Assembly: GCA_965249485.1 (NCBI GenBank)
Contig: OZ252239.1
Coordinates: 3,392,001-3,456,000, forward strand
Length of the DNA stretch: 64,000 bases
From: a bacterium
GTDB taxonomy: Bacteria; SM23-31
Reading direction: 5' to 3'
Both the position numbers and the translations under genes were made by a program. Of the stretch, positions 10,520 to 21,255 are shown in pieces; the stretch's first letter is position 1; each line of letters begins with the position of its first letter. Below the pieces are notes generated by a model. The model saw only the letters and a program-made list of their open reading frames with translations, was not told the DNA's origin and made no database searches.

Positions 10520-10565
10520 GATCGCAATTTGTACAGCCCGATGAATTAGAAAAGGCTTGTAAAAT
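10520..10565 (+). repeat. Intergenic junction motif, copy 3
   Basis: gatcgcaatttgtacagcccgatgaattagaaaaggcttgtaaaat. Confidence 0.75.
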
Positions 10566-10848
10566 CGAACTACACACCTTACTATATTACATTAGTGTAT
10601 CCATGATCATCTGATGATTTACATTAGTTGTTAGAATGAAGTTGAACAATAACAGAATCCTCATATTCGACGTTCTCCCGGGCTGAGTATATCTATCGGA
10701 ACAATTGTACAGATAAAAGTCCGAACGTTTATAGTTGACAACCACATAAACAATCGGAATGCATTCAATCACTTGGTTTTCCACTCCAAAAACACATCTT
10801 GAAAAGCCATACAATAATTTCTGTTTTTAAATAAATTCAGGAGGAATT

Positions 10849-11547
10849 ATGGAATTCGGAAAGACATTTTTTAGGATCATGGGAATCTGTGCATTCGCAT
10901 CAGCTGTATTTCAATCGATCAGTTGGGTTCTGGCGAAATCTTTTATCTATCCAGCAGATTTCAATGAACACGTAGCAATGATTTCCAATCCGTATTATCC
11001 TGCTCAGATGTATGTCATTCTACTCAGTCTGTTCTTTCATCTTCCGGTCTACTGGGGAATGACGGTTAAAAAGATAAACACTCATGCTTCAATCGTTCTT
11101 ACAGCATTTATTTTAATATTAATTTGGTGGCTTCTTGATATGATAAACCATTCATTACGGCTCTTTTTCATTCATAATGATCTCATCCTCGGATACTTTC
11201 AGGCAACGAACGAAATTACTAAAAGTGTCATTCAGGCTGGATATAAGCATATGGATGGAATCTTCAGAGCCCTTGCGTTCGCTCGCATTCCTTTGATTCT
11301 TGTCGGTACATTCCTTTACTATCTGGCGACATGGCGAGGCAGAGGATTAGAAAAAATTGTAAGTATTTTTTTATTAATAACGTTTATTCATGAGATTTTG
11401 TATTTTATAAACTATAATGTAGGTCTAACCTGGCTATTTGATATTATAGACCCATTTCATGAATTCGTGGCTGTGCCGACGCTCCTTGCTATTGGTGCAT
11501 GGTTGTTTTTCGGTGATACAAAGCCTCAGGAAGAGAAATCCGCATAA
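10849..11547 (+). CDS. Hypothetical integral membrane protein
   Basis: AGGAGG RBS; about 6 hydrophobic segments. Confidence 0.75.
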   Translation: MEFGKTFFRIMGICAFASAVFQSISWVLAKSFIYPADFNEHVAMISNPYYPAQMYVILLSLFFHLPVYWGMTVKKINTHASIVLTAFILILIWWLLDMINHSLRLFFIHNDLILGYFQATNEITKSVIQAGYKHMDGIFRALAFARIPLILVGTFLYYLATWRGRGLEKIVSIFLLITFIHEILYFINYNVGLTWLFDIIDPFHEFVAVPTLLAIGAWLFFGDTKPQEEKSA

Positions 11548-11634
11548 AAATTTGCCAGATTTGCACATCTTTGAAATCCACATATATTCTCTTTTTGAGA
11601 ATTAATATGGGGAAAATCAGTTTAACCAAGCGAG

Positions 11635-13056
11635 GTGAATGTTATGATGTCTCAAGTAATGATAATTTTAATATCTGTACTGTTTACAGTACCTTTTGCT
11701 GATTGCCAGGCTCAGGAAGTGGGAGACATGACTCCGGTGGAATGGAATAATCAGATTCGCCGGGAAAAGTTTGACCTCGTACTGCCGAAAGTTATGCGGG
11801 AGAACAATATCGACATGTGGATCCATGTGATGAGAGTAGCAGTTCCTGATCGCTTTGGTGCTGAAGACCTGGGCAATACTTCCGGTGTGTTTGTTTTCAC
11901 GGACCGTGGTGGTGACAGAATCGAACGCGCGGTTCTCGGACGTCGCTGGGGAGCTACACAGCGTGAACGGGGAGAGAAGGAGACGTTGATCGAAGAAAGT
12001 GGAGCCTACGACATAATCCACGACCCGGTATTTGTGCAGGAACCGGTGACAGAGCCGTTGACAGAATATGATTACCGATTTAAGGGTCTCAGAGAATTTG
12101 TCGAAGCACGTGACCCCAAACGAATTGCGGTAAATTTTAAGCATGATCTGGGACCGTGGGCGACTTCTAGAGGAGAAACAGACGGCATTTCGCTAACAGA
12201 CTACCTCTTATTGGCTGATGAACTCGGTGAGAACTACACCGACAGATTGGTCTCGTCTGAATACGTAACGGTGGATTTCATTATATATCCTGTGCCAAGC
12301 GAAATCAAACTCCTTAAAATAATGCGTCAGGACGAAATTGAACGTGTAAAGAAAGCTTTTGATGCAATCGTACCGGGTGTAACAAAAAATCGCGATGTGG
12401 GAGTGACTCTCTTTAGCCGGAGGAGCACGGGAATATCCCAAAGGGGATGGAATCCAGGCTATGAAAACATGGTGATCCAGGGAGGCGATATGGTCGCATC
12501 ACCAAGCCAGGGTATGTACGCCTACGTACTTCGCGAAGGAGAAACAAAACCTCCTCCGGAAATTCAAAAAATCTGGGCAGAATATCTGAAAATCGATAAG
12601 ATCCTGGCAGAAACTATTAAAGCGGGTCTTACCTCTCGTGAAATAATTCAAAACTACAAACCGAAATTCGAAGAGGCAGGTATTATTGTCAGGGAACCGC
12701 AAATGCATATGGTTCAGCCAAAGAACAATTTCCCTGTTTATTCAACAGGTTATGATCCTGAAAAAACGCACCTCAGTATCGACGCTCATGGTATGGGAAA
12801 AGGATCACGTAATAGGAAGTACCAGGAAATGCGCGGCCCCAGGATGGGTTCTTATGGTCCGGAATGGACGTATGATATACCACTCCCACCCAATCACCAC
12901 TTTGTTATGGAATATTTTTTCTATATGCCGTCGCCCACATCAAACAAGGACGAAGACCAATATTTATTATTTTGGGATCATGAGCAGGCAATTGCCACCG
13001 AAAGTGGAGTCGAGTATTTTTCTCCACCGCAAAAGGAGCTCTATCTCATTCGTTAA
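11635..13056 (+). CDS. Secreted M24-like protein, paralog 2 (degenerate metal site)
   Basis: IRREKFDLVLP..DMWIHV, TDRGGDRIERAVLG, RDPKRIAVN; the segment with the two Asp ligands is missing; start may be a slightly later ATG. Confidence 0.82.
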   Translation: MNVMMSQVMIILISVLFTVPFADCQAQEVGDMTPVEWNNQIRREKFDLVLPKVMRENNIDMWIHVMRVAVPDRFGAEDLGNTSGVFVFTDRGGDRIERAVLGRRWGATQRERGEKETLIEESGAYDIIHDPVFVQEPVTEPLTEYDYRFKGLREFVEARDPKRIAVNFKHDLGPWATSRGETDGISLTDYLLLADELGENYTDRLVSSEYVTVDFIIYPVPSEIKLLKIMRQDEIERVKKAFDAIVPGVTKNRDVGVTLFSRRSTGISQRGWNPGYENMVIQGGDMVASPSQGMYAYVLREGETKPPPEIQKIWAEYLKIDKILAETIKAGLTSREIIQNYKPKFEEAGIIVREPQMHMVQPKNNFPVYSTGYDPEKTHLSIDAHGMGKGSRNRKYQEMRGPRMGSYGPEWTYDIPLPPNHHFVMEYFFYMPSPTSNKDEDQYLLFWDHEQAIATESGVEYFSPPQKELYLIR

Positions 13057-13058
13057 TG

Positions 13059-13089
13059 GTTCGCCAATCGTATAGCCAGAGGAGCAGAA
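13059..13089 (+). repeat. Intergenic junction motif, copy 4
   Basis: gttcgccaatcgtatagccagaggagcagaa, starting 2 bp after the stop codon. Confidence 0.8.
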
Positions 13090-13224
13090 TGCAATTGGTT
13101 AAAAAACACTGAAGAATTTTCTTCACGGAATTCCTTTATCAACTAATTATAAAATTGTAAGAAGAATCTAGGAACAATATTATAGAATTGGTTTATTAAA
13201 CAATTTGGTTACGTAAGAGAAGGT

Positions 13225-14205
13225 ATGAATTTTAGACAATTGGGAAAATCAGGCTTTAGAATCTCGGAGATTGGATTGGGTTGTTGGCAATTTGGCGGAG
13301 ATTGGGGGAATATACCATCTCAAACTGCCCATGAAATTCTTTCGGAAGCGATTGAAAATGGGATAAACTTCTTCGATACTGCCGATGTGTATGGCAATGG
13401 ACGTAGTGAGAAGATCATAGGACAATTTTTAAAGGGAACGTCGGAAACCATATTTGTTGCAACAAAAATCGGCCGAAATGGTGGAATGTATCCAAATAGA
13501 TATTCCGAACAAAAGATTCGGAAAGGCATAGAAGCATCTCTGCAGCGATTGAATTGTGATGTGATTGATATGGTACAACTTCATTGTATTCCCAAGGAAA
13601 TTCTCATCGAGGGAGCTATATTCGACTGGCTAAGACGATTAAAAAAAGAGGGTAAAATCAGGACTTTCGGCGCAAGCGTTGAAACTATGGATGAGGCAAT
13701 GTTGTGCATGAAGCAATCTCAGCTGTGCTCTTTGCAAATAATCTTTAATATATTCAGGGAAAAGCCTGTTGAAAAAGTATTTAAAAAAGCAATGGAAAAG
13801 GGAGTTGGTATTATTGTTAGACTCCCATTTGCGAGCGGCTTGCTGACAGGTAAATTCGCAAAAGATACAGTTTTTCCGATATCAGACCATCGAAATTACA
13901 ACCGTGATGGGGAAGCATTCAATGTGGGTGAGACTTTCGCAGGTCTTCACTTGCAAAAAGGAGTGGAACTCACTAAAAAACTTAAAAAGATGGTTCCGGA
14001 GGGTATGACAATTGCTCAGATGGCACTTCGTTGGATTTTAGATTTCGATGCAGTATCAGTTGTTATACCTGGTGCATCCCACCCTGACCAAGTTAGGGAA
14101 AACATTACGGCGTCAGAACAAATACCTTTACCAGCCTTACTTCACAAACGTATTTGCGAATTCTACAACGAAGACGTCATAGACAATATTCGAGGACCAT
14201 ATTGA
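13225..14205 (+). CDS. Aldo/keto reductase
   Basis: GLGCWQFG, FFDTADVYGNGRSE, ATK, QLH, IPGA motifs. Confidence 0.93.
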   Translation: MNFRQLGKSGFRISEIGLGCWQFGGDWGNIPSQTAHEILSEAIENGINFFDTADVYGNGRSEKIIGQFLKGTSETIFVATKIGRNGGMYPNRYSEQKIRKGIEASLQRLNCDVIDMVQLHCIPKEILIEGAIFDWLRRLKKEGKIRTFGASVETMDEAMLCMKQSQLCSLQIIFNIFREKPVEKVFKKAMEKGVGIIVRLPFASGLLTGKFAKDTVFPISDHRNYNRDGEAFNVGETFAGLHLQKGVELTKKLKKMVPEGMTIAQMALRWILDFDAVSVVIPGASHPDQVRENITASEQIPLPALLHKRICEFYNEDVIDNIRGPY

Positions 14206-14303
14206 ATTTATTGGCACAGCACAAACCTATGTAGATTCACAAATAGAACTTCTCCGATGATTTATCCAATTACTTCAATGACGATAGTATTTCAATTTGA
14301 TGA

Positions 14304-14331
14304 GATCACAAATCGTATCAAGCCGGGGAGT
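14304..14331 (+). repeat. Intergenic junction motif, copy 5 (degenerate)
   Basis: gatcacaaatcgtatcaagccggggagt. Confidence 0.6.
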
Positions 14332-14410
14332 TGAGTGAATTCAGCCTCCAAATGAGAAAATTGTACTGATTCATTGAACTTAAAGCAAACAGAATAATGG
14401 AGACTCAATT

Positions 14411-15868
14411 ATGTCTACTCGACAATTTTTTTATGCAATCCTCTTTTTGTCCTTATTTCTGAGCTTCTGTAGTTCGGAAACGGCCGAATCGATAGCTACG
14501 GTTACTGAAACTACTCATGTCCCGGATTTTCTTCTAAGACAACAGGAATTAAATGCCCAGGGACAAGAATCAAAAGATACAGTGGATTTGATGAATCAGA
14601 TTCGTCGGGAAAAGTTTGACCTCATTCTGCCTCAAATCATGCGAGACAACAAAATTGACATGTGGATGCAAGTGATCAGACCAGGAATTCCCGATCCTCT
14701 TGCGTATGAATTTGGCAGTAACTCGGGTGTTTTTATCTTTACCGACCGAAATGAAAGCAGGATCGAGCGGGCTGTTTTTGATAGTGATGTGATAGATCCT
14801 GGTGCCTATGACATTATCCATGGTGAAGTTTTACAGACTTCTTATCCGGCCGCCGGTTCGAAAATCATAGAAGGATTTCAAATAGAACAGCCAGGAGATT
14901 TGGAAACAGAATTGGATTACAGATTTAGGGACATCGGAAGTTTCGTTGCCGAACGTGATCCCAAACGTATTGCTGTAAACTTCTCAGAAAAACTTGGAAA
15001 CTCTATAAAATCAGCAAGATCGTCACTTAACGATGGCCTTTCATACACAGATTACTTACTTTTGGTAAAAGCCCTCGGTGATAATTATACAAAAAGGATA
15101 GTCTCGGCTGAATATCTGATAACAGAATACCTAGCAAGAAGGGTGACGCAGGAGATAGAGCTTTATCGCCAATTTGGCCTTATTGCAGCAGAAAATTTAG
15201 ATAAAGAGTTTGCTAAAATTGTTCCGGGTGTTACTAAATTAAAAGATCTTCAGGAAGATCCTTATCTTAAGGATCGGAATGGTAATAAATATCATAAAAG
15301 TTATGCAGGTGACTATGAAATCCAGAGAGGAGACCTGGTTACTATATTCCAAGGTTTTGGTAATAGGATAATGCATGCTTCCTTATTAGGAACCGGCTAT
15401 GTACTTTTGGAAGGGGAAACTGATTTGCCACAAGAATTCCAACAGATTTGGAAACATAGTATGAACGTCCGTGAGATCTTACAGATACATATCAAGGCAG
15501 GTCATACTACGGGAGAATTGCTGAAAATTCTTATCAATAAAGTAGAAGAGGCCGGGTATTTTTATATCCCTGTGGATCAATATGACATAAATGCAGACCC
15601 TGAAAAGACTCAGGTTCATTTTGATATACATGCTAAGGGAAAAAGGGAAGCAATACCCAGCATTTCCCCTTTGGGACCGGATTGGCGACGAGATATGATG
15701 ATCCCACTAAATCATACATTTGTTTTTGAATATATGATTCATATGCCGGTGCCTGAATGGGGCCGAGAAAATCAATTATTTTTACAATTCCATGATACTG
15801 CGATTGTTACTGAAAACGGAATTGAGTTTCCTTCCCCACCGAGTCAGGGAATACGGTTAATTAACTAA
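14411..15868 (+). CDS. M24-like protein, probable lipoprotein, paralog 3 (degenerate metal site)
   Basis: Lipobox-like LSFC; IRREKFDLILP..DMWMQV, ERDPKRIAVN; Asp ligands absent, last Glu replaced by His. Confidence 0.82.
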   Translation: MSTRQFFYAILFLSLFLSFCSSETAESIATVTETTHVPDFLLRQQELNAQGQESKDTVDLMNQIRREKFDLILPQIMRDNKIDMWMQVIRPGIPDPLAYEFGSNSGVFIFTDRNESRIERAVFDSDVIDPGAYDIIHGEVLQTSYPAAGSKIIEGFQIEQPGDLETELDYRFRDIGSFVAERDPKRIAVNFSEKLGNSIKSARSSLNDGLSYTDYLLLVKALGDNYTKRIVSAEYLITEYLARRVTQEIELYRQFGLIAAENLDKEFAKIVPGVTKLKDLQEDPYLKDRNGNKYHKSYAGDYEIQRGDLVTIFQGFGNRIMHASLLGTGYVLLEGETDLPQEFQQIWKHSMNVREILQIHIKAGHTTGELLKILINKVEEAGYFYIPVDQYDINADPEKTQVHFDIHAKGKREAIPSISPLGPDWRRDMMIPLNHTFVFEYMIHMPVPEWGRENQLFLQFHDTAIVTENGIEFPSPPSQGIRLIN

Positions 15869-15870
15869 AA

Positions 15871-15892
15871 GTTTGCAAGTCGTTCAGCCCGG
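15871..15892 (+). repeat. Intergenic junction motif, copy 6 (5' half)
   Basis: gtttgcaagtcgttcagcccgg, starting 2 bp after the stop codon. Confidence 0.62.
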
Positions 15893-15978
15893 TGCTAAGT
15901 AATCCTGGAGGTAAATTTATTTAAAGTAGTAAGAAAAACCGGATTTTCATTTTATATTATGTCTTAAAATAGAAAGGT

Positions 15979-16410
15979 GTGATTATGAGCATTAACCAGC
16001 TTCGAGAAAAATTGATCCCAATTGGCCTGCTTTGGCTAAGGGTCTTAACAGGTCTTGGAATCGCTAATCATGGATTCGGCAAGGTATTCGGAGGTAATAT
16101 CAGTCAATTCGCCGAGGGTGTTGCCGAAATGGGTTTTCCGTTCGCTATCTTTTTTGCGTGGATGGCGGCATCAACAGAATTTTTTGGTGGTTTATTCATA
16201 GCTTCCGGATTGGGAACACGCATTGCGGCAGGATTTTTATTCATAAATATGGGGGTAGCGGCATTTATACGTCATGCTCCGGATCCATTTGGAAGAAAAG
16301 AGCTGGCGCTTGCGTATTGGGCAATGGCTGGAGCAATAATTCTTCTTGGAGCAGGAAAATGGTCTTTAGATTATCTGATCGAAAAAAAGTTTTCTAAAAA
16401 GGATAATTAA
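15979..16410 (+). CDS. DoxX family membrane protein
   Basis: LR..HGFGK, EFFGG..GLGTR, GAGKWSLD. Confidence 0.9.
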   Translation: MIMSINQLREKLIPIGLLWLRVLTGLGIANHGFGKVFGGNISQFAEGVAEMGFPFAIFFAWMAASTEFFGGLFIASGLGTRIAAGFLFINMGVAAFIRHAPDPFGRKELALAYWAMAGAIILLGAGKWSLDYLIEKKFSKKDN

Positions 16411-16425
16411 CTTTAGTAACCTAAG

Positions 16426-16457
16426 CTTCGTAATTTGACAATCCTCAGAGTAGAAAA
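16426..16457 (+). repeat. Intergenic junction motif, weak copy
   Basis: cttcgtaatttgacaatcctcagagtagaaaa; same layout, many mismatches. Confidence 0.4.
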
Positions 16458-16520
16458 CAATAGTTATCGTTAAATACTTAATGTAATATTTATCACCATG
16501 AATCAAATGAGGAGATTGTT

Positions 16521-17939
16521 ATGATGTCTCGAATACTGTTAATATATATTTCTGTACTATTCACTGTACCTTTTGCTAACGCACAGCCGGGGATACATAC
16601 TGCAAAAACAGGCTCAGAAGTTCTTGATTTTATAAGAAAAGAAAAAGTTGAGCTTATTCTGCCTGGTGCCATGCGTGATAATAATGTGGATATGTGGATC
16701 CATGTAACTCGCGCCGGAGATCAGGATCCAATGTTTCCTGAATTTGGATCAACCTCCGGTTATATGATATTCACTGACCTGGGAGACAGGATCGAGCGGG
16801 CCTCCTTTAGTGGTAGTTTTGGCGGTGCAGGAGCTTTAGATTTTGAAATATATGGCTCTCGAGATATACAGCGGGCAATTACCGGTTACGATTATAATAC
16901 ACAGGACTTTTCGGTATTCGACGAATTAGCACAGTATGTAGAAGAGCGTGATCCGGAAACGATTGCGGTCAATTTTTCCGACTGGCTCGCTATAGCAGAT
17001 GGGATATCGTATACGCAGTATCTGAAACTGGAAAAGATATTAGGGCCGAAATATTCAGATAGGATTGTCTCCGCAGTAAAGGTTATCACCGATTTCCGGT
17101 CAAGAAGGACTCTCAGGGAAATAGCACTCATGACAAATGCAGTGGAATTACACCGTCAGATTCAGGAACGTGCACTGTCGAATGAAGTTATAATGCCGGG
17201 TGTCACGACATTAGAAGATGTGGGCTGGTGGGTTCATGAACAATTATTTAAACGGTCGCATGTCGAAGCCAGGTGGAATGCTACAAGTATGCCGGGAGTT
17301 ATTTACTCTGCTGCTTCAAATGATTCCGAAACAAATTCAACCCAATACGTATTACAACGTGGTGATTTTTTGTCATTTGATATTGGATTGCGATATCTGG
17401 ACTATTTTGAAACTGATTATAAGCGTAATGCATACATTATGAAGAAAGGGGAAACACGTGTCCCTGAAAGTCTGCAACATGCCTTTGATCGTGCGATTGC
17501 TGCACGAGCTATCATTCGTAAACAAATAAAAGTTGGAAAAACCGCTGGACAAACATTGCAAGATATCATTGCGGCAATGAAAGCGGCAGACTATATTTAT
17601 ACACCATTCACCGACGAATCTCCGGAAAACTATATGAATGTTCAGGAGAAGTTAGCTAATACCGATAAGTCAAGTTTTTCCATCGACATGCATAGTCAGG
17701 GAAATCACGGAGGCTCGTTAGTGACTGTCGGACCTTCTATTGCAGCTTTCCGGTCAGACAGAGATCACTTGCCGGTTCAGGAAAATCATCTTTTTTCATT
17801 TGAATTTGTGATCAGTACAAACCTTCCCGAAAAACCCGGATTTCCACTTGCCATTAATATTGAGGGTAATCACGTTGTATCCAGCCGCGGGGTTGAATTT
17901 CTTCATCCACCGAATGAAAAAATATTACTAATCCATTGA
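16521..17939 (+). CDS. Secreted M24-family peptidase, paralog 4
   Basis: Signal peptide; D..D (FD..ETDYKR), H (DMHSQG), E (FSFEF), E (NIEGN) all present. Confidence 0.85.
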   Translation: MMSRILLIYISVLFTVPFANAQPGIHTAKTGSEVLDFIRKEKVELILPGAMRDNNVDMWIHVTRAGDQDPMFPEFGSTSGYMIFTDLGDRIERASFSGSFGGAGALDFEIYGSRDIQRAITGYDYNTQDFSVFDELAQYVEERDPETIAVNFSDWLAIADGISYTQYLKLEKILGPKYSDRIVSAVKVITDFRSRRTLREIALMTNAVELHRQIQERALSNEVIMPGVTTLEDVGWWVHEQLFKRSHVEARWNATSMPGVIYSAASNDSETNSTQYVLQRGDFLSFDIGLRYLDYFETDYKRNAYIMKKGETRVPESLQHAFDRAIAARAIIRKQIKVGKTAGQTLQDIIAAMKAADYIYTPFTDESPENYMNVQEKLANTDKSSFSIDMHSQGNHGGSLVTVGPSIAAFRSDRDHLPVQENHLFSFEFVISTNLPEKPGFPLAINIEGNHVVSSRGVEFLHPPNEKILLIH

Positions 17940-17946
17940 GTTTAAA

Positions 17947-18005
17947 GTTTCTTATAACATACAGTCTAAAAGGAGAAAATACTTGTATAAGCAGTATGTA
18001 TCTCT
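17947..18005 (+). repeat. Intergenic junction motif, copy 7
   Basis: gtttcttataacatacagtctaaaaggagaaaatacttgtataagcagtatgtatctct. Confidence 0.65.
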
Positions 18006-18203
18006 TAATTTACGAATCAGAGTATCCGGTTTGTTCTTACGAAATACCATGAGGACAGAAGGAGACAATCATATATCATAATAGCAAATCTTCAGTAATC
18101 CCGGCGCATTTCGAAAGATGGAAAAAATTATATTCAATGTTATACGAGGAAAACCAGGTAAAAGTGATTCCAGTATTTGCACTTGTGAGAAAGGGTATTT
18201 TAA

Positions 18204-19625
18204 ATGAAAAGTAATGGAAAATATATCAAACAACCTGGTCAAATAATTAATCGGCGTAATTTTATGGTCAGTTCTGCAGCGACAGCAGCGGCGTTCACAA
18301 TCGTACCTCGTTCTGTTCTGGGAATGCCCGATCATACAGCACCGAGTGAGAAGGTTAATGTAGCCTTTATCGGTACGGGAGGAATGGGCACAGGAAATCT
18401 AAAGAACTTACTTGAAAAACAGGATGTGCATGTAATGGCCATATGTGATGTTGAACAGGGTAATGGTAATGAACGTAGTAGGGGACTGAAACCTGCACTT
18501 GAAATCGTAGAACAGCGCTATGCAGAACAAAGAAAATCAGGGACATACAACGGTTGTACCGGCTATGAAGACTTCCGTGAGATGCTGGAAAAAGAGAAAG
18601 GTATCGATGCAGTTGTGGTATCCACTCCCGACCATGTGCATGCAGCAGCTTGCCTTGCAGCCATCGAACGAGGCAAGCATTTGTACTGCGAAAAGCCTCT
18701 TACGCATTCAATATTTGAGACACGAATGGTAACGGAGGCCGCCAAAAAAGCAGGAGTGGCGACTCAAATGGGTAATCAGGGTCACTCAGGTGATGCAATT
18801 CGCATAACAATGGAGTGGATTCGGGACGGAGCAATCGGTACGGTACGAGAGGTCCATGGTTGGACAATAGATGGAGGATTATCATGGGTAGATATGGTGG
18901 ACAGACCTGAAGAAAGTCCTCCGGTGCCAAAGACATTAAACTGGGATTTTTGGCTTGGTCCTGCCCCTTACCGGTCCTATCATCCAGCTTATGCACCATA
19001 CAATTGGCGTGGTTGGTGGGACTTTGGATCAGGAGCGATAGGCGATATGGCCTGTCATAACCTGGACCCTGCCTTTTGGGCTCTAAATCTGGGCTATCCC
19101 ACCAGCGTTGAGGCCAGTGCAACAAGGTTGAATGACGAAACGGTTCCTGCCGGGGCTTTGTACCATTACGAGTTTCCGGCCCGTGGAAATATGCCTCCGG
19201 TCACTCTGAAATGGTATGACGGGGGTTTGATGCCTCCACGGCTACATGAACTGGAAGAAGGCCGTAGGATGGGAGGAGAAGGTGTTTATTTTGTTGGTGA
19301 CGAGGGTGTAATAAAGTGCGGCGGCTGGGGTGGTACACCGAGAATAATTCCTGAATCGAAGATGATTGCTTATAAGCGGCCTCCAAAGACGATCCCACGA
19401 GTTCCCGGACATCATCAAGATTGGATAAACGCCTGCAAAGGAGGAAATCCCGCCAGTTCAAATTTCGACTATTCCGGACCGTTAACTGAAGCAGTGTTAC
19501 TGGGTAATGTGGCGCTCCGAACAGGCAAGAAAATATATTGGGATGGTCCGAATATGAAGGCCACCAACGCAACAGAAGCGGACCAATATATCAAACCGGC
19601 ATTTCGAGAAGGCTGGGGTTTGTAG
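18204..19625 (+). CDS. Gfo/Idh/MocA oxidoreductase with Tat signal
   Basis: NRRNF twin-arginine; IGTGGMG; YCEKPL; GDMACH. Confidence 0.93.
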   Translation: MKSNGKYIKQPGQIINRRNFMVSSAATAAAFTIVPRSVLGMPDHTAPSEKVNVAFIGTGGMGTGNLKNLLEKQDVHVMAICDVEQGNGNERSRGLKPALEIVEQRYAEQRKSGTYNGCTGYEDFREMLEKEKGIDAVVVSTPDHVHAAACLAAIERGKHLYCEKPLTHSIFETRMVTEAAKKAGVATQMGNQGHSGDAIRITMEWIRDGAIGTVREVHGWTIDGGLSWVDMVDRPEESPPVPKTLNWDFWLGPAPYRSYHPAYAPYNWRGWWDFGSGAIGDMACHNLDPAFWALNLGYPTSVEASATRLNDETVPAGALYHYEFPARGNMPPVTLKWYDGGLMPPRLHELEEGRRMGGEGVYFVGDEGVIKCGGWGGTPRIIPESKMIAYKRPPKTIPRVPGHHQDWINACKGGNPASSNFDYSGPLTEAVLLGNVALRTGKKIYWDGPNMKATNATEADQYIKPAFREGWGL

Positions 19626-19743
19626 ATTAATGAAGTAAACATGTTATGCTATTGCCAATTTAGTCGAATTTAATTATAATGACTAACGTAACACTAACCA
19701 AATAAGATCTTCTTCATCGCCTATTTTTTCCATATTTTCGAAA

Positions 19744-19786
19744 GTTCGTAAATCGTTCAGCTCGAGAAATAGGAAATACCTGTAAA
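19744..19786 (+). repeat. Intergenic junction motif, copy 8
   Basis: gttcgtaaatcgttcagctcgagaaataggaaatacctgtaaa; ungapped match to copies 1 and 2. Confidence 0.8.
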
Positions 19787-19836
19787 TTTAAATCTTAGCG
19801 TAATATCAATCATCAAAATTAATTTAGGAGGAAATC

Positions 19837-21204
19837 ATGAAATCTCGAGTTATGATTTTTTTATTTGCTGTGCTGTTCACTGTAACAATTGTCAATGCAC
19901 AGACAGATGTCTATACACCGGACACTAATGAAGTTCTTCGTCTGATACGAACCGATAAACTTGACTTAATTCTACCGGGAGTGATGCGTGACAATAATGT
20001 TGACATGTGGATACATGTCACACGTGCCGGAGATCCCGATCCATTGCAGTATGAATTTGGATCGACCGACGGTTATTTGATCTTTACCGATCTTGGTGAC
20101 AGGATCGAGCGGGCAATCTTCGGTGGCGCAGCTATACCGAATATAGATGTGCGTGGTTCACTTGAGATATCGCGGGCTATTGCCGGGTATGATTATGGGA
20201 ATGTGAATTTTTCAATATACGACGAAATAACGGAATTTATTGCAGAACGAGATCCACAAACGATCGCGGTAAATTATTCCGATTGGCTTGCTGTGGCAGA
20301 TGGTATTTCACATACTCAATATCTTAAACTGGAAAAAATTTTAGGGCCTAAATATTCTCAAAGAATTGTGTCTGCAGAAAACATCATTACAGACTTCTGC
20401 TCAATAAGAACGCTTAGAGAAGTGGCAGTACAGGTCAATACTTTGGAAATAGCTCGTCAGAATCTTAAGAAAATATTTTCGGGCATAACTCCGGGTGAAA
20501 CATCGGCGGGAGATGTAGATGCCCAGGTTCTCTATTCAGCTTCAGGAGCAATTTCCGGAAATGAAACATTTGAATCCGCAACAGGCTATGGAAACTACAT
20601 ATTACAACGTAGTGATTTTTTTTATAGTGATTTTGGTCGGGCTGACTGGATGGACTTTGGATTTTCATCGTTTGGAGTTGATACAAAAGCATACGGATAT
20701 ATCTTACGAGAGGGAGAAACAAGTGTTCCGGAAAGTATACAGTATGCGTTTGATCAGGCGATAAAAGGTCAATGGATTATGCGGGATCATATGAGAGTCG
20801 GCATGACCGCCGGAGAATCTTTACAGGCAATGATTTCAGCCATGGAAGAAGCAGGTTATATATATACACCGTTTCAAGATATAGGCACTGAGGACTATAA
20901 AATGATCCAGAGGGAGCTTGCTAATACAGATAAGTCGGGATTTTCCATTGATAATCACGCTATGGGTAATAATGGTGGCGGCATGACGACTGTCGGACCT
21001 TCTATGGCGCCATTTCGTCGAGATCGGGACCATCTGGTGATCCAGGAGAATAATATTTTTGCTTTTGAATATATGGTCCATACGAATCTTCCTGAAAGAC
21101 CTGGTTTTCCACTTTCCGTAAATGTTTCAAATGTACAAATTGTATCAAGCCGGGGAGTTGAATGGATTCAGCCACCGAATGAGAAAATATTTCTGCTCCA
21201 TTAA
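19837..21204 (+). CDS. Secreted M24-like peptidase, paralog 5
   Basis: Closest to paralog 4 (DNNVDMWIHVTRAGD, YLKLEKILGPKYS); last Glu replaced by Ser. Confidence 0.83.
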   Translation: MKSRVMIFLFAVLFTVTIVNAQTDVYTPDTNEVLRLIRTDKLDLILPGVMRDNNVDMWIHVTRAGDPDPLQYEFGSTDGYLIFTDLGDRIERAIFGGAAIPNIDVRGSLEISRAIAGYDYGNVNFSIYDEITEFIAERDPQTIAVNYSDWLAVADGISHTQYLKLEKILGPKYSQRIVSAENIITDFCSIRTLREVAVQVNTLEIARQNLKKIFSGITPGETSAGDVDAQVLYSASGAISGNETFESATGYGNYILQRSDFFYSDFGRADWMDFGFSSFGVDTKAYGYILREGETSVPESIQYAFDQAIKGQWIMRDHMRVGMTAGESLQAMISAMEEAGYIYTPFQDIGTEDYKMIQRELANTDKSGFSIDNHAMGNNGGGMTTVGPSMAPFRRDRDHLVIQENNIFAFEYMVHTNLPERPGFPLSVNVSNVQIVSSRGVEWIQPPNEKIFLLH

Positions 21205-21255
21205 ATTTGTTAAAGGAAATTTAGATCATTTACTATTCATAGGGGAGCAATCAAA

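Noticed and set aside
10146..10814. Several 60-77 aa ORFs in an AT-rich intergenic gap
   Set aside because: No RBS or motifs, mutually overlapping; likely spurious.
11515..11590. Further copy of the junction motif overlapping the end of the 10849 gene (also 29168-29200)
   Set aside because: Similarity is too weak to distinguish from chance without a profile search.
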